A stretch of DNA of 64,000 nt, taken from Chrysomallon squamiferum (Eukaryota > Animalia > Mollusca). Below the pieces are notes generated by a model. That model was not told the DNA's origin. It ran no database searches and saw only the letters and a program-made list of their open reading frames with translations. The stretch is from assembly GCA_012295275.1 (NCBI GenBank), contig CM022665.1:44020001-44084000 (forward strand), given 5' to 3'. The translations under genes were made by a program, and so were the position numbers. Shown here one piece after another: positions 14,740 to 30,681 of this stretch. Every line of letters begins with the position of its first letter. Position 1 is the stretch's first letter.

Positions 14740-15030
14740 CGTGTCGACTTTTATCGCGAGTAACGTACGTGTTAATTTTTTGCCGCGAAAAACGTATGTC
14801 GAATTTTATCGGTAATAACGTACGTGTCGACTTTTATCACGAGTAACGTCATATGTCGACTTTTATCGCGAGTAACGTAGGTGTCGACTTTTACCGCGAG
14901 TAACGTCATATGTTGACTTTTATCGTGAATATCGTAGGTGTCGACTTTTACCGCGAGTAACATGTGTCGACTTTTACTGGTGAAGAACGTAGGTGTCGAC
15001 TTTTACCGCGAATAATGTACGTGTCGACTC
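14740..15030. repeat. ~28-bp CpG-rich minisatellite, 11 copies
   Basis: Unit gtcgacttttatcgcgagtaacgtacgt. gtcgac or a variant occurs at 14743, 14771, 14798, 14826, 14855, 14883, 14912, 14940, 14966, 14995 and 15023. Confidence 0.93.
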
Positions 15031-15287
15031 TTACATCCAGGACCTTTTGTGCCGAATTCTGAGACATACACAGACAGAGCATTGGAATCTCGCGGACTTA
15101 TCAAGACTTACAATAAATCGTCTGGAACGTCGCTTACGAGGGAAAATCATTTTGAACATTCTCAAACGGATACGTGTATTATGAATCACGTAAACACAGA
15201 CGTGTCGCATTCTTCGTATTCCGCGTCAGATCGTAAAGAACTCTCGAGTATAAATTCGTACGTCGTGGTTTTTGTTTTTTTTGTATT

Positions 15288-15326
<39 letters not shown>

Positions 15327-16291
15327 TGACAAACACCACGGAAAAAAAAAACTTTTTCAAAAAATTTACTTCTTTCATGCTCAGACTGGTTGTACACTTG
15401 AACACACTCATTATTTTTTAAATATTTTTTAAAATATTTTTTTAAAGAAAAAGTAAATTTCAGAGATCGTAAAAGCAACACAACGAACGTTAGCAAATAA
15501 ATAAAAATTTATTGATATCGCGAAAAAAACCTTTGAAATGGAGAATACGTTTACGGGTTCATGACGAGCCTATCGGCTGAAATCGTTGTTCAATAAAGAA
15601 GAGCTGTATTGTGGTGGTGGTGGGGGGGGTTCTTTTTTTTTTTTTTTTCTCACTCGCATCGCTTGGATGTTTGCGTAATGAACAATCTCCTTCGAAAGGA
15701 AAATAAGGAACATGTATGAAATTACCCGTTTTATCGGAACGTAACTACAAGCACGGTTTACGGCCGTACGTTTACGTCAAGCGTTGCGGAATATCTACGC
15801 AATCGGAAATTCCGCTAAGAAAATACATTTCAGCGCGCTTCTTATTCGCTCTTTTATTTTATTTCGTTTCTTTTTTTCGTGTCGTTAATTTTCCTCGATG
15901 GCTTTTATAACGTGTTTTGTTGGCTGCGGTTTAAAACGTTCAGTGTGTAATGGGATCCGAGCTGTTTGAAATACTTAAGCCGATACAAACACTCGCCGAT
16001 TTCTAATTAAACACCTTTCAGCGTTGTAGGTGTTGTTTTAAAATTTGGATGTTTTAGAAAGAGGGGCGGTTCCAGGATTTTTTTTCTGAGAAAGGGGGGG
16101 GTGGGGTTGACGTTATTAAGAGATGACGTTTTGTAAATTACGTTACGATTGTGTAAATGGTGTTATGATATATTACGTTTATTTCTTTCTAGCTTATCAC
16201 ATACGTGTTTATTCTTACCTTATTTTAATTATTTTATTTTATTTCGTTTCATTTCATTTCATTTCAGTTCCTTTTAAACTATTATTATTAG

Positions 16292-16359
<68 letters not shown>

Positions 16360-17434
16360 TTATTATTATTATTATTTATTTATTATTATTATTATTTATT
16401 ATTATTATTTTAATTTTTTTAAATTTTATTTAAAAATTATACTGAATAAAATACGAGTCGAAACAACAAAGATAAATGTACTGAACACTATAGATTTATT
16501 TTAAATTTTAATATATAATTTATTGCTATTTCAAAGGTAACGTATGTCGATATAAATATATTATATAAAAAAAGAAATTAATATATATTGGTATTTCTTT
16601 ACCTGATATGATACTTAGAAGAATAAAATCACTTATTTTAACAGTTATTAAATAAATGTCAAATTACGTATACGTGACGTATACCATGAATTCAAATCAC
16701 GTATAACGCGAAAAGCGTGAAATTGGTAATTAAAAATACGTGATAAATAATTTATGAACGAATTAAAATAATGATAAAACCATCTACACTGCAAATCACT
16801 ACAAATGGTGCAATCACACACACACACTCGCAAACATACACACATTTACACCTACATATACACACACAGAAACACAGACACACATATTAATAAATGCATA
16901 CATACACATAGTTACAATACACACACTCAGCCACACACACACACACACACACACGCACGCACACACACCTTAAAAAATAATTAATTTGACGAATCCGTAA
17001 CAAAATTCCTTACACGAAACGTAACGAAGTTAATTTTAATGGTAAGTTAGAGAGCCGCATCGAAATCGAGGCCAATTTCCGTATCCTTAGCCCAGACGAG
17101 AGGATGACTCCGTGACATTCTCGAGTAAATTTGTTTAATAAAATAACACGAAAATAGCCTGCCAGACTGACTACCTATTCCAGAAACCTTGGCAGGTTAT
17201 CTTATTTGCTCAGTTCACTCACAAAAGCTCAGTGTTCCGCATTTCGGCGATAATGCGTTTATTAAATAACTTCTCGTCACGGAGTCGGCAATTTTCGTAG
17301 TCAGCGTTATTATTTCCGGTGTCGTCCGCAAAGCGGAGACGGACAAAGTGTTTGGAAAAAGGTTTAGTGTGTTAATTATCTCCGGCGAGTGTTTTTTTAC
17401 TTACTGAATTTTTATTTTTATTCATTATTGTTCT

Positions 17435-17462
17435 TTATTAGTAGTAGTATTATTATTAGTAT

Positions 17463-17507
<45 letters not shown>

Positions 17508-17689
17508 CAGTATTGTTGTTATTATTATTACTTTTATTATTGTTGTTGTTGTTATTGTTGTTGTCGTCGTCGTCATCATTATTGTTGTTATCATCATCAT
17601 CTTCATTATTATTTTTGTTATTATTATTATTATTATTATTGTTATGGTTATGGTTATTATGATTATGATTATTATTATTATTATTATTA

Positions 17690-17766
<77 letters not shown>
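17435..17766. repeat. Compound (AGT)n-(ATT)n microsatellite
   Basis: Direct reading. Similar (AAT/ATT)n tracts occur at ~30580, 33627, 33900, 41140, 47375 and 59830. Confidence 0.95.
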
Positions 17767-18165
17767 TGAAGTGTTGCCCTCTTGGATAATACGAAAATTA
17801 CATTCAGTTATTTTTGTATTCTGAAGAATAATTCTGTTGAATTGTTCACTGACGATCAATCTTTATTACTTATAAAGTTTGACTGTGTCAGTAAAATACG
17901 TCAGCCAAGACTGAACATTTTCTTTTTTTAAACCTTGATTACTTTTAAAACTTGTACAGAAATCTTTACATCTATATCTATATTTATATTTATATCTATT
18001 GTTACTTACGTTGATAATAATATTGCTTTTAAATTATTATTTGACTAATGTTTCTGCTGTTGTTTTTGATTTTATTTTATTGTTGTTGTTTTGTTGTTTA
18101 TTATTGTTGTTGTTGTAATAGTAGTAAAATAAAATTATTATTTATTTTGTTGTTATTGATTGTTG

Positions 18166-18211
<46 letters not shown>

Positions 18212-18602
18212 AGATTTTGAAACTATTTCATCCTAACCTCCAAAGGATCAATATTACGTGACATTCACACGTTTTAAAATAATACTTACACATTAATATA
18301 CCAGAAATCTTTTTTTTTTTTTTTTTTTAAATGACAATAATAACCAACAGCATATACAACGTGGTTTTGATATACGTGAAATGTCATATATATGCAGATT
18401 GAACATTCATATTTACATACAGTCAATAATAATTTGAAAAACTCTGTCGTTGTAACATATGGGCATGTCAACCATGCATACAGTTTAATTTATATGTGCT
18501 TATAGTTTACCAAACTGGTAATAATATAACAGTATATAATTATATAATGTTATATTTATGTTAGAAAAAAAAAATCAGTTCTAATTATTAAAATAATAAT
18601 AA

Positions 18603-18634
<32 letters not shown>

Positions 18635-19321
18635 ATGATGATGATGATGATGACATTTTTGGTAACATCATTAACGACGTCGACGACGGTAACAGTAATG
18701 TCAGTAACAACAACAATAAGAATAATGATGATGGTGATGAAAAATTACGATTATTACAGTGATGATGAAGATAATCATATACAGGTTCGAGATAAATATC
18801 TCTAAGATACACACACATATATATATGTTTGTGTGTGTGTGTGTGTGTGTGCGTCTGTGCGCGCGCATATTATGTTTATAATATTTATACCATTTCTAAC
18901 AAAATAAATAAATAAATAAATAAATCTAAAACAAATAGTGTCTTTTAGCATTTTTTTTTTTTTTTAAAATAATATTTTTCTTAAATATATATAGATATAG
19001 ATATCATTATTTTGTTGTTATTTTATCTTGGCTTTTCAATCCATTTTTCTTTGGATAAAAATAAAAATAAAAGAAAGACAAAGCCTGTGTCTGCTGTGTC
19101 TGTGACAGTTACTTACATTTCAGAGCTGTGTATATGTTTTAATGCAGTGTAGATAACACATGGCGCGCACACCTGTATTGATCTGACAGACCTCTGTTCA
19201 GGCAAGTAACAAATGAGTTAGTGTTTGTATAACAATTCTTCAAAATGTCACCGATATTAACGCTACTTACTGGAGAGAAATTTTGTTTGGTTTTGGCGTT
19301 AAGCTGAAATGAAGGGAAGAA

Positions 19322-19323
<2 letters not shown>

Positions 19324-19406
<83 letters not shown>

Positions 19407-19630
19407 GTGGACAAGTACACACACACACACACACACATATACATACACACATACACAGACACACATATACACAATGCATATACACGTATTCGTATTCACA
19501 CACACGTACATACAAATACTCATACACGAACACACACACACATACATAGATACACACATACACACAAATATACAAGCATTCACACACGTACATATAGAAA
19601 CATACATACAAATACGCACGCATACATTCA
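19324..19630. repeat. (AT)n followed by degenerate (AC/AT)n tract
   Basis: Direct reading. Similar purine-pyrimidine tracts occur at ~25830-26125, 37480-37670, 39600-40155 and 40640-40850. Confidence 0.93.
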
Positions 19631-20252
19631 TTTATAATTATAGGCACTTTACCAAAGTTTGAACAGCAGCAGTAAAATGTGAGATTTAATAAACCGATCA
19701 CAGAAGGCAGATTGGAATGGGAAATAAGGTTGTAAAGCGTGGACTAGTAGTCGTTGACCAAACTTGGATAAGAAGGGATTGGTAGTAGTAATAGTAAAAG
19801 CAGTAGTAGTTGTTAATAGCTGTAGTAGTAATAAAACAGTTATAGTGGTACAGTACTAGTAGTAAATAGTATAATAGTTTTAGTCCTAGTTATAATAATA
19901 GTGGTTTGTAGTAGTAGTAGTGGTAGTTGTAGTAGTAGCAGTAGTAAGAGGAGGAGAAGGAGGATGAGTAGGAGTTGTAGTTGTGGTGGAAGTAGCAGCA
20001 GTAACATTTACAAATAAATAAATTAACAGAAATTAAGTGTAAATGGAGGAAATACCTCTAAAACATTTAGTCGCAATTATTTGTGTAGGGGGAAACACTT
20101 AGCTACAAAATGACCTTTTAATTGCAGATTAATTACCAAGCCTCGAGAAAACAAGGAAACGGTATTCTGAAAACAAACAAAAAAAATAAAAATAAATAAA
20201 TAAAAAAATTAATACAGAACAAAGAGAACTCAGTTGTTCATCCATTTTTATG

Positions 20253-20284
<32 letters not shown>

Positions 20285-20761
20285 AAAAAAAAAGTTTCGT
20301 TACAAAAAAAAAAAAGTTAAAATGGATTCATCGGAGAACATCGTGACACACAAAACAGCGGCAAGAGCAGACGACGAGCTTTGTCATTGACGTTGAAAAT
20401 TTTTCCTTTCGCATTAACGCTGACATTAATGACCACAGAGGTTTCTTTTTACAATTGACGGCTAATTTATCGCTGTTTCTCAAATGGCGTAACCTTTGAA
20501 GCGAGCCAGCCAGCCAGCCAAGCTGTTGCCAGTGTTCAGCGAAAGCGCGAGAATAAGTACAGCACGTAAATACGTCACTTTTTGACTCGCAGGGCGGTGT
20601 TTTCGTGGATGAAGTGATATCAAATTCGTTATTCGACGAATAAAGACTTAATTTAAATTTTTTTTTTGGGGCGGCGGGGGAATCGTTGTTCTTATTTTTT
20701 TCTTTGCTTTTAGTTGCTTCCTCTTCCTCTTTATTATTACTATTGTTATAGTTGTTGTTGA

Positions 20762-20817
<56 letters not shown>

Positions 20818-21230
20818 TACTGGAAATATCTTCAGATTGTCAAAAGAAAAATTAGATACTTTAAACGTCATTTTGTTACAGATTTCAAGAGAAATAAATG
20901 GATTTATTTGCACAAATCACTAATGATAATTTTTTTTTTATCGAATATTATATGTTTGTGTTTGTGTGTGTGTGACATGATATAAAGAATGAAATGATGA
21001 TGAATGTGATGAAAAATAAGAGTGAGAGAGACACACAGAGAGAGTGATAGACAGAGAGATACGTTTTATAATAAATACGTGTAACTACATACTTAAATCA
21101 TCGTAAAAGAAATAACATCTTGTTTCCAGACGTCTCATTCGAATATAAACATTACCATCAACACCATCACCAACTACAACAACACAGAAACACACACACA
21201 TATAAAAGATTAAAATAAAATCCAGTTAAT

Positions 21231-21305
<75 letters not shown>

Positions 21306-22044
21306 AGGCCTGCCTGTATGTGAATATGATTGATCCAGTAGACGTAGATTAGAACGGCCACATAATACGAACCAGATCGAAGGAAGAAATGAGGCCAATA
21401 CCTTGCAGTGGTCAGTGTTACGTCACAAAGGTCAGATCTGCTGGTCATAACGGTCAGCGACAGGTGAATTTTACACGAAGCATACACGCGCGCGTCGACA
21501 ATTTGACCAATGAGGATTAAGTTTGGCAGAAACCAGCCCTTCGGCTTCGCGCCATTATGCAAGTTACTAAAAATAACTCCGATGCGTCTGGTGATGACGT
21601 ATTTTTTTTTTTTTTTTTTTTTTTAAATCGATTAAAAGGGTCGCTAATAACTGGTACTTAGCTAATCATTCTATCATTTGAAAATCTCTTTTCTTTCTTT
21701 TTCTTTCTTTCTTTCTTTCTCAGAAAACCTTCTGCTGGTGATTTTTAACTCATTTATGCAGAATGGGTAAAAAAAAGCGTGAATGATTTAATTTTTATTT
21801 AAGTGCGAGACCATTAATAAATAAATATATAAAAATAAATAATTAAATTATTTATTTAATTAATAAAAATTCATACACACAGAAACCCAGACAGACAGAC
21901 AGAGAGAGAGAGAGAGAGGGAACCTTTAAAGTATACTTACTAAACAGAAACAGAAAAAGCTAGAAACAGTATAAATAAGTAATTAAACAAACACACAACA
22001 TCAATAACAATAATAACAATAATAAAATAATAATAATAACAATA

Positions 22045-22079
<35 letters not shown>

Positions 22080-22959
22080 GAAGAAAAGAAGAAGAAAAAT
22101 GTATAGTATTCTCTCTCTTTTTATCTCAGCATCTATCACCCTGTATCTCTGTGTCTTTCTCTGTCTATTTGTCCGACTGTCTGTCTGCCTGTTTACCTGT
22201 CTGTGTGTTTCTCGCCCTATCTCTGAATGTTTCCGTATTCCAATGTACTTATATTTCCTTCCATCATTCTCATTATTTTCTTTGATTACCTTCTCCCTGC
22301 ACCTTAAAAACAATTTTCTCACAAAGAGTAACCCAATCTTCATCAGAAATTAACGTACGAAAATAACAACTAAAATATTAATGAAGTATATTTATAAATT
22401 AAACATTTATAGCCATTTCTTTCTATATTTAAATAATCTTTTCCTCAAATATCTCTTTAAATGACGGCATGCTTTTGACGCATTTGTATTTTAAAAAGAA
22501 AGAAAGAAACAAACAAACAAACAAAAAACACCATTTCTATTACTGGCGAAAAACGACGAAATTAAAATGCTGATGACACAATTTTCGCGCGTCATTTGTC
22601 CATTGTGAGCGTCAAGGCAGACGAACTAAGGAGCAGCAGAACTTGATCAATCGATTCGAGAACACAGCATGCGAGTGTGACGTAAAAAGTGCGCGAGACA
22701 GAAATAATACTACAAATAATAACATGTTTAGATTTTGAACTGTCAACTGCTACATGGAATAATATGTGTGACTTTTAAAAAATATTAAAAAAAAAGAAAA
22801 AAAAAAGAAGAAGATGAAAAAAGTATATTCTCATAGATAGGTAGACAGACGGAGAGATAGATGCAAAGACAGAGAGAGACAGATAAATTGATAGATAGAT
22901 AGACAAAGATAAATTGACAGATACAGAGATACAGGAGAAATATAGAGAAAAAAAGAGTG

Positions 22960-23040
<81 letters not shown>

Positions 23041-23774
23041 TTTACAAAGCATGGAAAGACATACAGAAAGACAGTCATAAACATTAAAGAAATAATTATT
23101 CATTTTTCTTTTTATTTTATTACTTGAAAAAAATTACTTATTTAACTTCTTATATTTACTTATTTTTCACATGCACTTGTAAAGTGACTTACATCACGAG
23201 TTTATCCGATTACCCTATTAATTTCATTACACAATAATGTAAACTTATGACCGATAACATTAACCAAATTGAAAAAAAAAAAAGAAAAGAAAAGAAAAGC
23301 AACTACCGCTGCGACAAAGAATTAACTGATCTATTCAGTGTCCAACACAATATAATTACACGGTTTTGGCTAACCGCATTCTGTTGGCGGAAAATATCGA
23401 TCTAGGTCAAGCTGAGGGAATCAGTTGATCGGAGGTGACCGATCGGCCGAACGCGTCTTCGGCGCTTATTCAATTTATGTTTCCGTAATTGGCCGGGGAT
23501 CGGGTTTCTCCGAAAACCTCCGACACTTGGTAAAACTCTCGTCGGAAGAAGATCGGAATGAGACTGAGGAATGTTTCACATGTGATGAGGTCACGCGGAA
23601 GAAAACGAACCCCAGCTGGAATGCAGCGGTGTCTAAAAATAGACACAGCTAATGATTTTTTTTTTTTTTTTTTTTTCTTTCTGAAATATTCAAGCAATGA
23701 TGACCACCGGCATGTGAGACGTTCTAAATAAATGTGATTTGAAACAGAAGAAGAAAGAGAAAAAGATGCTTGTA

Positions 23775-24116
23775 TTTCATAGCCGTTTATTTCGTAAATG
23801 TTTATTTCATTGTGTTTGTTTCATAGCTTTTATTTTATAATGATAATTTATAGTAGCTTTTATTTCTTAGTGTTTATTTTTTAATTTTTCTTAGTTTGTT
23901 TATTTTCATATTTATTTCCCATAATGATAATGATAATTTTCATTGTGTTTATTTCATAATGATAATTTTTTATTTAATAATGATAATAGTGTTTTTTTTC
24001 ACAATGTTTATTTAATTAATTTTCATAATGATAATTTTCATAGTGTTTATTTCATGTTTATTTAATCGTTATTTGTTAATGTTTATTCTTAACCTTTATT
24101 TTTATCGTTATTTGTT

Positions 24117-24163
<47 letters not shown>

Positions 24164-24480
24164 TGTCTTATTTTATAATATTTATTTCATAGTATTTTCT
24201 TCCTAAAATGTTTATTTTCATAGTGTGATTTCATAATGTTTATTTTCATTTTGTGACTTCCTGATATTTATTTTCAGAGCTCTATTTATTAATGTTGTTT
24301 CATAGTATGACCTCATAATGTTTCTTTTTATATTATGATTTCATGTTTATTTTCGTAGCTGATTTCATAACATTTATTTTCATTGTGCGAATTAATAATA
24401 TTTATCTCGTAGTGTTAGGTTCACAGTGTTATTTCTTTGTGTTTATTTTAAACTTTATTTCTTACAGTTCATTCATTTTC
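23775..24480. repeat. Degenerate short-period repeat (tttatttcatagtg / tttcataatg)
   Basis: Many imperfect tttattt(t)cata(g/a)tg copies in tandem. Confidence 0.7.
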
Positions 24481-25190
24481 ATTTTTATTACGTCTATTAA
24501 AACCACTATCTATAGCAGCTGCATGAAATACCACAGCTACTACTACTACGACCACAACAACAACCACAACAGAATATTATAATTCGTATTCTAATCAAAG
24601 GAATCAACAAAAAAAAAAAATCGTCTTTTGAGTAAGAAAAAAAAAAAAAAAAAAAAAATCGTCATGAATAAATTTAAAATTTAAATAAAACATCCGTATA
24701 TTTTAAAAAAATAAATAAATAAATAAAACACCCGGAAATTCTTTTTTTTTTTTTTTTCCCCCGCCTTCTGTGATTCGCTCGAGCAAAACCGGAAAAAGAA
24801 GAAGAAATAAACACACGTACACACAAATCTTTTCTATTAATAAACCAAGCAAATGAGGTCAGAAAAACAAACGCCGTTTATTTAATTTTTTTTAATTTTT
24901 TAATTTATTTTTTAATTTTTATTTTTTTATTTTTTTTTATTATTATTTTTTTTTTTTTCACGTTCCAGTTACGCTGTGACGTAAATAAGTTCTTTATGTG
25001 ACCACGGACTAACTAAACTTCCTCAATAATAAAAAAAAAAAAAAAAAAAAAATAAAAAAAAAAAAAAAAAACAGTTCTCAGGGATGGATCCAAAATTGTT
25101 AGACGTGGGGGATGCATCGTTATTTTTAGGGGGATTTGATTTTCAAGATAAACACCTATATATATATATATATATATCTAAATCGATCCC

Positions 25191-25225
<35 letters not shown>

Positions 25226-25939
25226 GTCTATCTATCTATCTATTTATTTATCTATCTATTCCTACTATTTATCTATATATGTGTGTCTGTATTGTCTATC
25301 TTTGTATCTGTGTATATATCTGTCTATCTGTCTGTATATCTATCTTTTTATGTAACTATATATATATATATATGTATCTATATCTATATCTAAAACTATA
25401 TCATCTGTATTTATATCTATATCAACATCTATATCCATATCTACATAATTCTCTGGGTCAGATTCAAAAATGTTCGAAAAGGATGGTCATCATTTTGGTG
25501 ATGATTTTGATTTTAAAGATCAAAAATAATTTCTTATTAATGAAAAACTTTGTTTTACTCATTTTAGTCATATTAGGAGACAGGTAGGCTAGTTGCATTT
25601 TCTCACCTCTCCACTAGATCAGCACCTTTTTAGTGCAGGTATTTGTCACATACGTGCGTACATGAGTAAATACAGATGGTTTCCATTGTCAGATATTGTT
25701 TGATGTCTTTTCCTTCAGTGAGAAAGACGTACTGTTTATATTGTCTGTTTTTTTTTTTTGTTTTGTTGTTGTTGTTGTTTTTCAAAATAAAGGCACACGT
25801 GCGCACCTGCATGCTTGCACGCAAACATTTTACACACACATACACACAGACAAACAAACATAGATATAATACATCGATACATACACACAGGCACACATAT
25901 ATATACATACACCACACATACACAGACATATATTCACAG

Positions 25940-25973
<34 letters not shown>

Positions 25974-25998
25974 TATATATGTACACACATACATTCAC

Positions 25999-26034
<36 letters not shown>

Positions 26035-26076
26035 ATATGTACACACATACATACACATATATATATATATACACAC

Positions 26077-26126
<50 letters not shown>

Positions 26127-26549
26127 CCGTACATGAATATGAGAACAATGAAAGAGGATTTTAGAAATTAGTTTTGTTTAAAATTAACGAAAACAATATT
26201 AATAATTTAAATTAGAAAAAAAAAAAAGAAGAAAAAAAAAGAAGAGGAAGATGAAAAAAAAAAAAAAAAAGAAAGAAAAAAAAAATGAAAAGTATTTTTA
26301 TCGTCATAAATATTTTAACCGTATACCAAGTGGTTGACAGTTTAATATAACGGATGACTGATTCTGAGCTCAGTGAAGTGTGAAGGAAACGCTGCTTTAT
26401 ATTACTGACTTATTTATTTATTTATTTATTTATTTATTTTTTTATTTTTATTTTTATTTTTTGTTTTATTTTTTATTTTTTATTGCTTTTTTTGTTTTTG
26501 TTTGTTGTTTTGTTTTGGGGGTTTTTTTTGTTATTTTTTTATATATACT

Positions 26550-26588
<39 letters not shown>

Positions 26589-27169
26589 TTGCTTGTTTAT
26601 TTTTGTTTTGTTCTTTGTTTTGTTTTTTGTATTTTTTTTTTTTTATACTTTATTTATTTTTTTATTTATTATTTTATTTATTTATTTTATTATTATTTAT
26701 TTATTATTTTATTTATTTTATTATTATTTGTTTTATTTTATTATTTTTATTTTTATTTTTATTATTATTATTTTATTTTTTTTTGGTCGTCTTTATCTTG
26801 ATTTTATTCAGATAATGTCAGGACGTTTTGACAGAAATGTACGAGCCAGGTCATTGTTCGTAAGACAAGCAGACGACAGAACGTGAGAATGAACGAATGA
26901 ATAAAATAAATTAATGAACGGATGAACTGCTACTTCTATTACTAATACTACTACTAATACTAACACTGTCACAACCACTGCTAGTACTACTACTGTTACT
27001 ACTATTACTACTACTACCGTTATTACTACTACTGCTATTTGTGTTACTACATAATTACTACTACGGCTGCTATTAATAGAAGTAGTACTTCTGCTGTTAC
27101 CTCTACTGCTACTGCTATTACTTCAACTACTAGTACTACTATTACTGTTATTACTACTACTGCTGTTAT

Positions 27170-28257
27170 TACTGCTACTACTAGTGCTATTACTTCTACT
27201 ACTAGTGCTATTACTACAACTACTAGTGCTATTACTACAACTACTAGTGCAATTACTTCTACTACTAGTGATATTACTTCTACTACTAGTGGTATTACTA
27301 CAACTACTAGTGCTATTACTACAACTACTAGTGCAATTACTTCTACTACTAGTGGTATTACTTCTACTACTAGTGGTATTACTACAACTACTAGTGCTAT
27401 TACTACAACTACTAGTGCTATTACTACAACTACTAGTGATATTACTACAACTACTGGTGCTATTACTATAATTACTAGTGTTATTACTACAACTACTAGT
27501 GTTATTACTACAACTACTAGTGCTATTACTACAACTACTAGTGCAATTACTTCTACTACTAGTGATATTACTTCTACTACTAGTGGTATTACTACAACTA
27601 CTAGTGCTATTACTACAACTACTAGTGCAATTACTTCTACTACTAGTGGTATTACTTCTACTACTAGTGGTATTACTACAACTACTAGCGCTATTACTAC
27701 AACTACTAGTGGTATTACTACAACTACTAGTGCTATTACTACAGCTACTAATGCTATTACTGCTACTACTAGGGCTATTACTACAACTACTACAGCTGCT
27801 AGTGCTATTACTACAACTACTAGTGCTATTACTACAGCTACTAGTGCTATTACTACAGCTACTAATGCTATTACTGCTACTACTAGGGCTATTACTACAG
27901 CTACTAATGCTATTACTGCTACTACTAGGGCTATTACTACAACTACTAGTGCTATTACTTCTACTACTAGTGATATTACTTCTACTACTAATGATATTAC
28001 CACTACTACTAGTGCTATTACTACAACTACTAGTGCAATTACTTCTACTACTAGTGCTATTACTACAGCTACTAATGCTATTACTGCTACTACTAGTGCT
28101 ATTACTACAAACTACTAGTGCTATTACTACAACTATTAATGTTATTAACTACTAGTGATATTACTACACAACTACTAGTGCTATTACTACTACAACTACT
28201 AGTGATATTACTACAACTACTAGTGCTATTACTACAACTACTAGTGCTATTACTACG
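27170..28257. repeat. 21-bp minisatellite (actactagtgctattactaca)n
   Basis: About 50 copies. It translates as TTSAITT repeats and is flanked by degenerate (ACT)n sequence. Confidence 0.95.
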
Positions 28258-29258
28258 GCTGCTATTGCTATTTACAACTACCAATTACTACTATAACAAC
28301 TATTGCTATTACTACCACTACAGCTGTAACAACTAGTACAGATACAACTGTTATTGCATGCTAGTGCTATTACTATTACTACTATTGTTGCTATTGCCGC
28401 TGCTGTTAATGGTATTACTTCTACAACGGCATCTGTTATTTTGGTCTATTATTTATAATATACTACAACTGTAAGTAAATAAATTAATTGATTAAACAAA
28501 ACGAAACAAAATGATTGAGCAGTAATATCTGTGATAATTAAATAAAATATGAAACAAGAAATCTGACGTTTGTTTTAGAAACGTTCAAAATGATGTTTTT
28601 ATTTTTACGAAAAATGGGAAGAATAAAAAGGCGAGAAAAATTAAAATTGAAACTATTACTGACAAACAAAAAGATCAGGTGTAATTCAAAAGGATTTTGG
28701 GCGCCCTCTGTTCATAACAAATTTCAATCCAGATAACTCTGTTAGCTAGAAACATGTTACATAATTAGCATTTCGCGTGACACATTTAGCTATTGTAAGC
28801 AACAATTCGGTAAATATCTGAAAACTGGCCATTTTCGATCGCATCGTGTTATCGTAAACAGATCTTAAATTTTTTTTTTTTTTTTTTAAATCTGAAGCCG
28901 CATGGATACGGATTGGGAATTTATAATAACTGATTTTGAGTCCGGGATAAAGGTAGCCCTATCTAGGCTGATAAAAAAAAAAAAATAAAAAAAAAAATTA
29001 TTTGTTCTGCAGAACAAAGGATAACAGTGTGTTATTGAGTGGTAAATATGCAGGTTTCCCTCTGTTAGAGAAAATGAAAGACTTGATAACTATATGTTTC
29101 ATATGTAACAGCCGCAGTTCAGAAAAAAAAAACAGAAAATATATTGATCTTGTTATTTCTTTTATTTTAGATGTTTTTACTGTTACTGCTATTTTTTTAT
29201 TATTATTATTTTTTTTTTTTCTTGTTGTAGTTTTTGTTTTTATTATTATTATTATTAT

Positions 29259-29320
<62 letters not shown>

Positions 29321-29340
29321 AGGGAGGGAGGGAGGGAGGG

Positions 29341-29443
<103 letters not shown>

Positions 29444-29695
29444 GTGTGCGTTTAAAATTAAGTCATCAATATATTACCTTAGATAGACTAAGTATATATT
29501 TATTAAATAAATTAGTATTTTTTAAATCACGTTGTGTCCCGTTCCAATTAATGCTCTGTATTTACCATTTGTCAACATTGTTTATTGCTAAGAATGTTGT
29601 TTTCTTTTCTATTTGTGTTGACCGATGTAACAATAATAAATATAATAATAATAAGAAAGAAGAAGAAGAAGAAGAAGAAGAAGAAGAAGAAGACG

Positions 29696-29728
<33 letters not shown>

Positions 29729-30577
29729 TAATAATAAACATAAAATTTTCACTTTTCCGTTCGTTGCATTACATGCACGCAGAAAGGATATTTGCAAATA
29801 CATGCTTGAAAAGATGGGTGCGCCGGAGGGAATAATTCAACAAAAACGAAAACACAATTTCCGGACATTATGATTGCAGAACTCGCAGATGTGAAAGAGT
29901 GTTCTGTGCTTTCTAGAGAAAATGTCGGCGATCCTAAAAATAAAAAAATCTGGGAGTGGAGTGGGAAGACAGTAAATTTATTTTCGTCTTAAGCTAACAG
30001 AAATAAAATACCTCGTATTTTTGTCTTACGTGAAGAAAATTAAAAGATCGTGCACGCGGATCCATTGTAAAGGTCGCCATTATTCGCTATTACTTCCCTA
30101 CCAACGTTTATTTTCACAGTGAAATTTTATTTAATCTTTAAAGTTTTTTTTGTCACAAGGAACATTCAACCCTCCTCCTTAAATGCTGGATTTCCCCACC
30201 CCCTCAGCACTCTCAGCAACCCAGTGAAACTGACAGATGTGGAGAAACATTGCCAACAATTTACTCATCCTTTATTATTTGTCTTTAACATAGGCGAATA
30301 TTTCTCTGGCAGCGCTGTCATTTCTAACAGAATGTGCTGTTGTTGTTATAATGTAGCCATACTTTGTTATTAATAAAGAATTATCTCCAGTAACAAAACA
30401 ACGACTTGGAAGTTAATCAGTATTCTGATTATTTTTAAGGCGCCATGGCACTAATACTTTAATAACAATAAATATAATATAATAACACGCAATTAGCCCG
30501 TTTATTCACATTATCACCGTTTCATTTTATAACTGTCATTGAATTCAGTATTAAAAGATCAGCAGAACAACTATATT

Positions 30578-30609
<32 letters not shown>

Positions 30610-30615
30610 AATAAC

Positions 30616-30681
<66 letters not shown>

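Noticed and set aside
23425-23652. 75-aa GC-rich ORF
   Set aside because: No ATG start, no recognisable domain and no convincing flanking splice sites.
27047-28155. Poly-Val (minus strand) and poly-Leu (plus strand) ORFs over the 21-bp array
   Set aside because: They are alternative frames of the same stop-free repeat.
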